From contig NW_002060944.1 of assembly GCF_000150275.1 (NCBI RefSeq), positions 6,423,102 through 6,487,101 of the forward strand: DNA of 64,000 nt, written 5' to 3'. Shown here piece by piece: positions 1 through 12,300 of the stretch (its first letter is position 1; each line of letters starts with the position of its first letter). Both the position numbers and the translations under genes were made by a program. The notes beneath the pieces are model-generated. The model was not told the origin of the DNA and did not search any database. It worked only from the letters and a program-made list of their open reading frames with translations. Origin of the DNA: Trichoplax adhaerens (Eukaryota; Animalia; Placozoa).

Positions 1-1749
1 GACTTGACTTTGATCGGCAGTATTATTTGTAGAATTTATATCGAAATCACCGTCGTCTAGCCAATTCTTGTAAAAGGTATCATTGAGGGACATATCATCG
101 CCAAGCTCACCCAATACCGTTTCGATCATTTCATCGGAAACAGATACATCATCACTTGTAAATTTCTCATCAGGTATAGTATAAGACAAGGTTTGTTCAC
201 GTTGTTTTTGTAATAACTCTAATTTGTTATTAACGTCATTGCTAGAATCTCCTACGAGAGGTATAGTATAAAAATTGATAAAGTTCGGATTATTTTTCTT
301 TCGAAGTTAATTTAATAGACTATGATGAGTATTATATCAGGCTAAATTCTACAATATAGCATAAAATCTGATCATCATCGAATGGAGCAGTAATGATAAT
401 TAACCAAAAAAGTGCAAGTAGCATAGCATGCAACAGCATCTATCAATTTCTATAACGATTTGCGAGCAATTCGTATCATACTATAGCAAATTAATTCTAT
501 AATTAATATAAACAATTGTTAAAACGGTTTCTTGGAAAGTTCTATTTGACATTATGTAAAGTAGAATCGTGGTGCTGTCAGCACATGCTAAATACAGTAT
601 GGACTAACCGCTACATTCGTCGTTTAAAGTATTGCTGCTTTCAGTGTTTTCTTTCTCCAGTACAGACAATTTTTCATTTAATTCATTCTCTTGATTTCTT
701 AAATTTTCAAGCTAAAGTATGAATGCAGTAAAGGGCATATAAAATATTAAAGGAAAACTTACACACAGTATAATACACTTACACTTATTTATAAACGTTT
801 ATATATGCATGTAATATCTACGTCCGAGAAGCATCATATGTTGTATTTCAATAGATGATTTTGATTCTCATCATATATCGATACGATACTTTAATTAAAC
901 AACGTTTTATTATTATGTATTCAATCTTACCGTCGACATTACGTTGGATCTTACATGTTCATCTTTAACCGTCGCTAGTTGCTGATGGCGTTTCCTTATG
1001 ATTAATCACAATTGGATTAGAATTTCTCGACTAACATTTGCAATATTATAGTGGTGACAATATGACTAGGTAGGTATTACAAGTAACAAACACTATAAGA
1101 AATCTTATTTCTCGAATCCCTGTATTGATACATTCTGTTTTAAGGATGATCTAAGTCAAATAAAAAAAGTGTCCTCTCTTTCGTATTACCAATATAGCCA
1201 ATTCCTAAAACTCCCGTTATAACATGATTAATACTATCCTGTCGAAATGTTCCTGTCTGAACTGTATTTGATCTATCACAAGCAAGAGATTGAATTTAAA
1301 GCTAGTTACCTTTAATTCTGTCTATTACTATCATGCGTGTAGATTGATATTCATGAAGTTTTCTAAGTATCTGTACATCCTCTATTAGATCGATAGAGCT
1401 ATTATTACGAAGAATTATAATTACATTATTGCGGGTGTAGATGCTATAGGGGCATGTAATATACAATCTATTGCATGGGTTACCTCATCGTTTCTTGAAG
1501 AATTTGCAATTGAGATTGGACTTTCTCTTTCTCAGCTAGCACTTCTTCCGCTTTGATTGCTTGTGCAATTTGATTAATAAGATTTTGCTCATAGTCAGAA
1601 TGGTTAAAAACGGTTAAGCCAAGGGCTTTTAGCTGTTGTTGGCCATCAGCATGTGGATTGTCGACTTGTATTGTTGTATCATTTTGGATGATTTCATCGA
1701 TATCTGCCTGATGACTACAGCTTGGTTGCATGTCTTGTTGATGCTCCAT
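1..1749 (-). CDS. ERCC6: ERCC6/CSB-like SNF2 DNA repair protein, 5' exons only (gene continues beyond window start)
   Basis: Phase-compatible GT-AG exons 1749-1484, 994-931, 711-609, 251-<1. The N-terminus LKALGLTVFNHSDYEQNLINQIAQAIK resembles the CSB N-terminal motif ([26 protein letters not shown]); it is followed by a coiled coil and an acidic LDDGDFD segment. The ATPase domain is outside the window. Confidence 0.6.
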
Positions 1750-2297
1750 GATGAATCTGTCTCTCTCTCCTACTTGTCTATAATTAATTAATTGATGGTG
1801 AGAGTTTTCCAGTTCCAACAGACAGATCCGATGGTCTGCAGGTTGCAATGACAACCGCGATGATGTCAATGTTGCTCAATTCGTCTCCAATTTGAATATT
1901 GAAACTTTCAAAGAATGGATAAATAGACAATCCTCAATTACCAGCAATAGCGATAGCTTACTTATGGAATAGATGCAGCCTTAATGATGAATGAAATCGG
2001 TCTTAACTCTATGAATCATGGCCAGGAATGGAGTTTTCCGTCCAAGTTGAAGTTTCCAAGACAGGAATAGACATGATTTGAAGAAGGATTTTGCTCCTAT
2101 ACTCAACGGTCTCAGTCTATGGTATAATACACTCGTCGGTGTTCTATACAGTACACCGTATGGACGTTCATTCTACTGACTAAGTTAAAGGGACACTTAT
2201 GGGAATCTCTACAGTACACACACTGTAGCATTGCCACAGTACTGTACACTGTACACTGTACAGTATAGTACAAGCGAGCACCGAATGATGTCATTTC

Positions 2298-2909
2298 CAG
2301 ACTGGCCATCCCAGATATCCAGCTATGGCCATGATGCAAAACATTGTTGCAATCAGCATATAGTACAGTTAAATATTGGTAAATATTCTGTTGTTCTTTC
2401 GACACATGCAGCATCATGATCTGCCATGAGAACATACTGTAATGGCTAAATCCATGCAGTACACTATACTGTAGAGTTCGTCGTAGTGTACTCTAATCAG
2501 ACTGGCCATCCCAGATATCCAGCTATGGCCATGATGCAAAACATTGTTGCAATCAACAAGCATACAGTACAGTTAAATATTGGTAAATATTCTGTTGCTC
2601 TTTCGACACATGCAGCATCATGATCTGCCATGAGAACATACTGTAATGGCTAAATCCATGCAGTACACTATACTGTAGAGTTCGTCGTAGTGTACTCTAA
2701 TCAGACTGGCCATCCCAGATATCCAGCTATGGCCATGATGCAAAACATTGCAATCAGCATACAGTACTGTACAGTTAAATATTGGTAAATATTCTGTTGC
2801 TCTTTCGACACATGCAGCATCATGATCTGCCATGAGAATATACTGTAATGGCTAAATCCATGCAGTACACTATACTGTACTGTAGAGTTCGTCGTAGAGT
2901 ACTCTAATC
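2298..2909. repeat. Tandem triplication of a ~200-bp unit in the ERCC6/APN1 divergent promoter
   Basis: Units start at 2298, 2498 and 2702 (cagactggccatcccagatatcc...gtactctaat). They are near-identical, with small indels mostly in the tacag/tactg pentamers. Confidence 0.97.
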
Positions 2910-2988
2910 TACAGTACAATACAATACACGAGTAGTATATCACTGATGATGTCTGCACGCAGCTAAAACCTACATCGTTGTAACAAAC

Positions 2989-4399
2989 ATGAGGAGGAGC
3001 TCGCGATTACTTGTAAGACAAATTGCCAGCCAAACTACCCATCAAAACAATATACCAGCTGCAATCACTTCTAAAAAAAGGAAAAACAACGAAGAAACAA
3101 GCCGTAGCAAAGCCAAACTAGCTAAGAAAGAGAGTAAAAAACAATCCTCTGTGAATCATCATCATCATCATGCCAGTGATGACCTCAAGACTAGTCCACA
3201 AACCAAGAAAACGAAAACATCCAACAAGAAAGAGAAAAAGGTAAAGGATAATAGCAGCCTACACGAGAACAACCATCCATTACGTTACCAGAAATGGCTT
3301 GGAGGTCATATGTCTATCAGTGGCGGCTTATATAATGCTGCTATTGATGCACATCAAACAGGTGCTGGTGCTTTTGGACTCTTTCTGCGCAATCAACGTC
3401 AATGGGATAGTAAACCGTTACTGGATGAGGCTGCCAATCAATTTCAACAAGTTTGTAAGGAGATGAAGTTTACACCCTGGCAAATATTACCTCATGGATC
3501 TTATTTAATGAATTGTGGCTCACCCAATCCTGATACCTTACAAAAGAGTCGCAATGCTTTAATTGATGAATTAAAGCGTTGCGAAAAATTAGGTTTAATG
3601 TTATATAATTTTCATCCTGGATCATCCCGTGGCGAAATATCTCGTACGGAATGTATACAGCTTATTGCTGAAAGTATCAACATTGCTCACCGGGCTACTA
3701 ACAAAGTCATTACCGTCATTGAGAATATGAGCAACCAGAAAAATGTCATTGGTGGCTCTTTTGAAGAATTAGCCGAAATTATTAATCGTGTTGACGATAA
3801 ATCTCGAGTTGGTGTCTGTCTCGATACATGTCATACATTTGCTGCTGGTAAGCTTGCCAAATTTTTGAACTGTAAACTATATTTAATAATCTTGTCTATA
3901 GGAGCTTATGAGTAGGGTCATGGACATCGTGGTAACCAGATAGTGTATCGAAATTACTGTAGATGTGCTATAAATTCTACTATTTATATGTTTAAGCTCA
4001 ATTACCCTTTTCCTAAGTCGTAACTATTTAATTAAATTGTTATAAAATTGACCAATCTAGATATTAAAGAGCTATAGATCGATTAAACATGGTATCATTC
4101 TCTTGGTAGGTTACGACATAGCAAGTAAAAAAGGCTATAAGAAAACTATGGATGAGTTTGATAGTGTAGTAGGCTTTCAATACTTGCGTGCTATGCATAT
4201 TAATGATTCCAAAGGTGAATTAGGTTGCCACTTAGATCGACATGAAAATATTGGCAAGGGAAAGATTGGCCTCAAGGCTTTCAAGCTAATTATGAACGAT
4301 TCAAGGTTAAACAATATACCTATGATATTAGAAACACCATCTAGATTTGAGATGAACTACAACGACGAAATCAAGTTATTGTACTCATTGTGCGATTAA
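2989..4399 (+). CDS. APN1: Endonuclease IV / AP endonuclease family 2 (Apn1/Nfo-like)
   Basis: Exons 2989-3847 and 4110-4399 (phase-1 GT-AG intron). Metal-ligand motifs GGHMS, PHGSY, NFHPGS, IENM, GVCLDTCH, HINDSK, DRHENIG, ILETP. Basic low-complexity N-terminal extension. Confidence 0.95.
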
Positions 4400-5152
4400 A
4401 AATATAAGTACACATTTTACATGATATACTGTAGATGTGTTCATCTTATACTGTAGGTCATGATATCACACTAATCACAGTTCAATTCACAATCCATATA
4501 TACGCACCATATACGGCAAGTAATTATATAAGTTGATAGATTGATAAACGGTAAGTTATCTTTTGTTGCACTATTGTGTAATTCCAATTCAGAACAAAGT
4601 TGTATTTTATATTTATATCACACAGCCAACTAATATTTTAAAGCATCGATTTTATCATGAAGTATATGACGTACAATTTATATACTTGTCTTTATACATA
4701 TAATATTCGAGAATTAAAATTAAATTAATTACTTTCTTTACCAAATATATAATAATTATTCCTTTATAGTATAAATATGTCTATTTTAAAAAAATCTGAT
4801 CATAAATCATTTCGCAATTCCTATTAATAAATGTCAATTCTCAAACTCCATAAAGATAAATTGTTACATTAAGACGCTATATTGCTTTTCTGCTATATTA
4901 AGAACTTGAGCTGTTTTTTGTTAAACTTATGTTTAATTCAAAGATAGCGCCCAATAAATGGTTTAAAATAAATAGATGAAAAATTACGATCATAACTTAA
5001 AATGGTTGCTGAGTAATACATTTTTGCTATACAATACAATACAAATTCTCAGCGGTTTAGTAATAATAATTACAATTGCGAAAGTCACTAAGGATTCTAT
5101 CATTTCGAATTCACTCCTTCGCTTTCATAGAAGAAATCTTTAAAGGGAGTAT

Positions 5153-8100
5153 TTAATCCTTATCGATAACTAAAGTCGGTAATGTTTTACCACCATTGCA
5201 TAATATAGAATATACCATGCGAAAGAGTTCATAAAAATCTCTAGCAGGTTAAAATTAAATGGAGTAAATCATAATCTTATTTCTCTAGTCAATATTTCAA
5301 TAAATCGATACAATCACCAAAATCACACTCTGAGTTTCAGTACTTACTTGCTATTCGGATCCATACATTTTATTAATGGGACCGTATTGGTTGCAATTTC
5401 CTGAAATGGAAATATATAATCATCAATATAAATTATGAGGTTATGTATTATTCAGATACCTGATGCAGTCCTATTATTACGCGTAATTGTCTTCTTTCGC
5501 AGTAGTACCTTTTCAATTTTTCCTTGCATATATGTAGCTTGTGCTTCATGATAAAGGTCTACTAACTTACTTAATTCCTGATCGTTGATGAAGATGTAGT
5601 GAAACTTAATACAGTGTAAATCAATACCATTATATTACTGAAGTATATTACAGCAAATAGTATAGTAATAATTTACCGCCATGGTAGAATATGATATATA
5701 TTTTCCTGAATTAGAAGTCTCATCGCCTTTGCTTGTTCTCAATCATAATTACTAAATCATTTACTAATCCTTAAAGAATTCATCATCATAAAAAAATTAC
5801 CATTGACGGTGTTATGTACAGCAAGTGCACTATTGCAGTTGTTGCATTTACAATGGGTATAAAGGAGTTTTTCATCTATAAAATTAGGAACGAGTACTAT
5901 GCTATTACTTAAACCACTTTTAGATAAATGAATGGCTCTTTACACTATCGTACCTTTAATTATCTCCATACTTTCTGCATGTAGATCCCTAGCATCGGCA
6001 CAAAATTGTTGAAAAGCTTGAGACAAGAACGGTGAGTGAATTTTCATTTCTTCATCTATTTTTAGTATAAAAGGCACACTACATACAGTTGTTTATGAAA
6101 CAGCATTGATAATACTGTATAGATTCAACCTTCATTAATATTTTCTACGAAATGATCTACATCTTCCATAAACAGTTTGTGTTTGGTAATACAAAACTTG
6201 GATAATTTTTGTAAATCGTCAAATCCAGCCACTGAACTTGGTGTGTCAAACTTGAAAATTAAATGTTAAGGAGAAGAAATAAGAGATGAAGTAATTTCTA
6301 AACATACGAAGGTTTGCTAAAATAATATGCAGGAGATAGTATCTGTAGATACAGTTGACTCCAAGCGTGAGATAAAGTTTTCTTTCGTTTCAATATCAGC
6401 CATTTCACAAGTCTTTTTAATCTCTTCTTGTAGCCTTATCAACAAAATAGAAGAACATTGCACGGTATAAAACTGAATGTGTTTACAAATAGATATATGT
6501 TACTATTTAAAATGGTATAAGGACGAAAAATAATGCTAACTGCCTAAATTTATGGCATTGTCGCCTAAATTTGCTGGTGATGATTGTCTTGTCCAATCTA
6601 TGTTAAGCAATTATTGGAGATACAATTTCAATTAAAAGCTAAATTATATGGCTGGACTGCAATTTTTCATGTAAACATCCTATAATTATAAATTGTTTAA
6701 CTATATATTACTGTAATATTTTAGCCTCGTTCACTTCGTATTCTAGAAGTTTACGATTCTGTTTTTTAGGCTTAACAGCAGCAGTTGATACCACTGGATT
6801 TTCTTTTTTTTCATTGATAACCAATACTTTATCCGTCGATGTACTACCGTTAGATACTTTAATACGTTGTGATGAAGCTACTCGAGCGCTAGTTTTCATT
6901 CGTTTTTTATCTTCTGAAGGCTGTACTTTTTTGCCAGTAGTTGCATGTTCTTTCTTAATAGCTGTGGACTTTGCTGTTGGTTTAGATTTTGCAATTGGCT
7001 TTGAAGCTATTATGTTACGAGACATAATTTAGTTTAGGCTCACTAACTTAATTTTATCTCGTATGAAGTAGGGTATAATAGCTTACTATAAATTTCGGAT
7101 AAGCTCTTCTTTTTCTTATTGAATTTGCCTTTTACCTGCATAGACAAACCGATATTATTTTACATATTCGCTTTAATACTGTATTACGTAATAGCACAAT
7201 AGTGCAGCATTCTATTTGTTATGTTCTACTTGTAATTCATTTTCAGCAATATTTGCATTTTCAATCGCACGATTAAGTGTTTCAATAATTTCTAATTCTT
7301 CTTTTTTTCTTTCTATCGACACTTCGCTTTCTATATGATATAGATATAGTTTAATCCATTCTTACTAATACTGTATATAGATCATGAATGATCTCGGCAT
7401 TGACCAGCTTTATACTTATTTGCAGTCAATAAAATATTACTACTATACATAGTAAATACAATAAAATATTTATCTGTTGCAGTGTATCTGTTGATATATC
7501 CACTAATTATATATAAATTATGAGATAAGGGCTGCAATAATACTAGGCCCCTGTCTTATGCAATACCTTCATCTTCTACTGGCTTATCCCGCAATGTAGG
7601 CCTTATAGAACGGGAGAGAATCGAGCATTAATATTGCTTCGAACTAAAACATTGATTTCAATACTTAGCCGTTAACATACGCATAGTTACATAAATCAAA
7701 GGATCGATCACATTGTAATAGTTGACAAGACAGATCTAATGGACTTCGAAAGTACAGGATATAAACTTTTGTTACCTGATTGAAATTAATTTTTTGCAGC
7801 GCAAATAGGTTGAATTATTGAGTAATGATTGCGATTTGTCAATAGCAATGGATATCTGGTTGATTTCTTCCTGGATCCTATATGTGAGTAAAGTTAAACG
7901 AGGTAAATCAGCAGTTGAATATTTACCCTCTTGGACAAGCATGCAATTTATGAGTATGGCATAATGGATTATTACAATATTTCTCTATTTCATTAACTAC
8001 GTGAAATAATGCATATTTCTAAGTGGATAATATGAAGTGCTAAAGTGGTTTCAGGAGTAAAATTCTGAAACGCATTTTTCCTTCTTGGATACTGAGCATT

Positions 8101-8486
8101 AGTTTTAACATCAACATGAGATAGTTTGATGACGAAGTACCCCAAGATATTATATTTGCAGTGTTGCATTTATAGCAAACATGGTGAATAAGTTGCGTAT
8201 TTATGACAATAACACAAGTCGCTAACATTATAACTACTAGGTTAAGAACTCTGCAAGCACTGTCTTTATCGCTCAGTAGATTCATTTTTAGATAGAATCA
8301 GCCTAAAAATAGCTAATTTATCCATATTGGAAAGAATCCAGGTTTTACGACTTACAGAGATTTTGCAACATTGTCAATACTGTTATAGTCTATTAAGATC
8401 ATTTACGGTACGATAAATTGATTGATTGATAGAGTAACTTACACGTTGAAGGATCTTTTGCAATCAACTGCAAGTAATCGAGCCAT
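5153..8486 (-). CDS. TEDC2: Tubulin epsilon and delta complex protein 2 (C16orf59)-like, multi-exon
   Basis: Start MARLLAVDCKRSFN at 8486; KKEELEIIETLNRAIENA (~7230-7330); basic low-complexity exon ~6710-7135; C-terminus EIATNTVPLIKCMDPNSKDFYELFRMVYSILCNGGKTLPTLVIDKD*. The C-terminus resembles that of TEDC2 (LALCRAVHSLLCEGGARVLTILRDE). Some internal exon boundaries are uncertain. Confidence 0.65.
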
Positions 8487-9187
8487 CGAAAGTGGTTAAA
8501 ATATTGCAAATGTTCTAAATTATTTTAGAGCAATTTATTAGAGCAAGTTGCCTCCATGGTTGCCTTGGTTTCTTTGATCAGTTCGTAGAGTGCCTACAGT
8601 ATACTGGATAGTCAACTGCAGTCACAATACTATCTAGGCGCACAGACACCACCACAGAGCCCATAGAGAAAAAGCTTTTTCTATTATGGCCAAAATATCG
8701 AGTTTATTGCTAGTAAAATTAATGTCATCTGATTACATACAAAGAAACCCACTTACACTACAAATTGAATTGCCCTATATGACATTAGTTTTTAGCGGTA
8801 CAAGCCTCGTACGGAAGGACAGACCCCAGCTCGAATAGTTGATGGTACTATACCGCACTTCAGACAGAATTGGTAGTCAATATACCAGGTATAATGTAGC
8901 TCTTGGTACACTTGACTATAAATTTCAACTACTATCCCGAACAGTATAGTAGCTACAATACTGTCAGCACCAAGACAACGTCACGTCACACCAGCGTGCT
9001 CGTGCACTCAAGGCCCACCGGAAACGAAATCCACCATTGCATCCACGTTCCATCGGAAAATTGCTTGGAACCTGGAATTATCGTTGATAATATTGGAAAC
9101 TTCCTCCATTTCTTACCTTACTGAATGCTACTGAGCTTCTGTTCTTGGTCTACAGTACTATTGATATTATACCACGGTACAACTACG

Positions 9188-9235
9188 AGATAGGGTATTG
9201 ATTGTTGGAGGATAGGGTATTGATTGTTGGAGGAT
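9188..9235. repeat. 22-bp tandem duplication (gatagggtattgattgttggag x2)
   Basis: Exact adjacent direct repeat ~140 bp upstream of the NOL11 ATG. Confidence 0.9.
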
Positions 9236-9372
9236 ATCTGACGACCTCGCTGCTCTTGCACAGGAAAGACCCAATTTTCTTGAAATAGAGTTATATCTCA
9301 TCACTAGACTACTTGTCGAAGTATTCTTATTAACTGTGGATATTGCATGTGCAACAGCAAATAGCGACAGTC

Positions 9373-12300
9373 ATGGCTAAAATCAATGATAGTTTCTTAC
9401 TATGCCGTAATAATGCAGCGGAAGATTTTGTCGTTGGCATTGCTCAACATTCATCTCCCAATAGGATTATTGTCACCTATGCTAAAAAGGGAATCTATGT
9501 CTATGATGTAAGTCTCTATCTACTAAATGCTCATCATGCGATATTGTAGTCGTTGTATACTGTAGGGCATGCTTCTAATTTCAATTAACTTGGTAGCTAA
9601 TATTGGCATGTAGTAAACGAATCTGCAATCGATATCTCTTGCATAACTGAGATCAGTATGTTGATCTTATGACTGGCCTATCACATTGTTTGTCATTCAC
9701 ATTCGTTGTGGTACAGTTAACCCTAACACAATGCTGTACATATTCGATTGTAAGAGATATATGGTGTTGTTCTTCTAGTTTTACCAATCTTAGGATAGAT
9801 AGAAATTTCCATCAGTTAGATATAAAGTAAAAGGATATATTTTATTGTTAAAATCTTACTTGTAACACCATGGTAATGGATGAAATTGAACGTGATTATA
9901 TGTGCAATCTTGCTATAGTATGAAGAAAAAAGTGCCTACAAAAGTTGGTCCGTAGAGCAAAGATACCATGCAACAAATTATGCTATCCAAGTAGAAAGTA
10001 CCAACGATTATTACTGTGTCTTCAATGAAAAGGTTAGGCTGGGTATAGCTGTTATTATCAATATTATAATAAATTAATACTAACTCATGAGCACCAATGA
10101 GCAATAAGTATGGTTTGGAAGTAACACACTCTCAGTAAATGAAGGCTAAATGCTCCAACGAGATTATAAAATTATTGAACTACTATGGAAATTATAATTC
10201 AAACAATAACAGTAAAGACTTAACTGCTAGGATAGACCATCGTTACTAGATAATTAATTAATATTCAACGATGACATGTAGTCATAACCTACAATAGCAT
10301 CCGAAAGAATGACTTTATGTTGGCATTTTACATTTCAGGATATTTTCCAGTGGAGCGACCATTGCCCAACATTCGGTGAATTTTCTCACATTTCTGTAAG
10401 TACGCTTTAAAGTTAGATCTTGATAATATTAAGTATTCAAGTATCAAATTAGCTAGATATACCCTACGTACGGGCGTTAAATTTAATCGTTAAATTCGAA
10501 ATAAGTGATGATATTTCAATTTCATTAGTATTTACTTGGATTAAATAATACTGATTAATTAGCTTATCAGACAAATGTACTGCACGCGTATGTTAATGCC
10601 TATTGATTTGATGTCATGAAGAAATATGCTGAACTAATGCCATTGTTTCCTGCAATTGTATTCGCATGACTTATTAAAATATCTTTACGATACTCATAAT
10701 CATCAAACAACTTGTATAACGCAGGTTGAAAAGCCAGTCTATCGACTTCATGCACCAACAACTACACCCATTGTAACTTTAAACCAGCCAATTATAATCT
10801 CTACGGATGGAACTGTAGCTCTGATGTCATCTAGTAATTCCAATGGTACAATGCCCACAACCCGTAAGAGAGCTAAAAGAACAAAACCAAAGTGAGTTTA
10901 AAATTACCGTGTACATACAACGAACAAGAAATAGCTACGATGTTATAACCTATGTAGTACCAATAGATTAATTTTTGTTCAAAACTGTGAATTAAAGTGA
11001 TATACAGGTCGTTTGGAGTTCAATTTGGAGCCAAAAGAATAATTTTTTGTACGTAGGAATAATAACTTGTCGGGTAAGCAAACGATAGACTTTGAAAATT
11101 ATCCAATAAATATCTATGAAGAGATAATTTTAATGACATTTTTGTGCTAAACATTTTTATTGCCTAGGACGATGAATACTATCTTAATGTCAAAGAATTA
11201 CAAGATCAAAATCAGTCATTTGTCGATGTTCTGATGGCTAAATTATCAATCGACAAGCAGGTAATTTAGTTAACAACCTATAGCACAACTACTAATTGAT
11301 GATTTCGATTATGTGAACCTTTAGATCCAATAGTTTTCGTACAATGTATGTTAATGATGTAAAATTCTTTGTAACGTTTATACATGTACTCTAGTAGATA
11401 ATGCTAATCTTGTTCTATTCCAATCTTAGACCGATCTTCTAGCGATGGATTACAATTTTTCTCGAAATATCTTAGTCTCCCAATGTAAGAATTGAATTTT
11501 CATTAAAATTGCGATTTTTATAACTCTTTGTTTTGATCTCTGTTAAATTTCTTACTGACTCTTTATCATAGGGTCGGATAAATCATTACGCCAAAGTCCG
11601 AATATTACTAATCTATTACAAAGTAAAACTTCATTATCAGAGGAAGATAGCCGTATCAATTTACAAGTAGTACAATATAATTCCTTATCCGATGTTAAGA
11701 AAAGCCAATCTAAGGTAAATTTCTTGCATTGCTGGGTCTGTGTTGATATTAGTACAGTTATAAGATGCAATTGCTGTTGGTATAATTGTCTAGGTATCAT
11801 TAGCTTTACTTAACTCGCAATATGTTGTCAGTGCCGAGAAGAGCGTTGATGGTGATAACACAGGTATGTACCGGTTTAATTTGAACTGTGACAATACTGC
11901 AAATTTATCCAACCTATCGGATACTGACCATTATATAAATTTATAATTACAGAAGCAATACTGTCGTTATGGGATTTAACATTTGGAACTTTGCAATGCC
12001 GTCATAACTTATTGGAAAGTCTAAAGCTTGACGAAGATATTGCTCAATCTTCAGATAACACTTTACAAGTAAGTAATGAACGGCCTTTATGTAGCTTTCT
12101 ATCTTCACCTATCTGACTACCTTCAAGACACTCCTATACTTGCTTACTAAATACATTAATAACAAGTACTATTAATTTACAGCATGATTTTATATTTTTC
12201 TACGGTACTCCTTAACAATTACTCTTATTTGTTCTTATAGATTGTGAACATCTCTCCATATTTATTTATCGCTATTGATACCGCTGTGATTGTGTGTTAT

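Noticed and set aside
2298-2909. CRISPR-like interpretation of the tandem repeats (also 51965-52828)
   Set aside because: Units are 200-288 bp, contiguous and without unique spacers; no cas genes; eukaryotic context.
2112-2958. ORFs 2112-2435, 2231-2419, 2618-2833 and 2701-2958
   Set aside because: They are translations of the 200-bp tandem repeat, repeating the same peptides in different frames with no domain.
2989-4399. Endonuclease IV as recent bacterial HGT or contamination
   Set aside because: It has a spliceosomal intron, host-like composition and a eukaryote-type N-terminal extension, and the family is known in other animals and fungi.
8547-8572. RFX X-box-like GTTGCC half-sites upstream of TEDC2
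   Set aside because: Only half-sites match; the second half deviates from the RGYAAC consensus, too weak to call.
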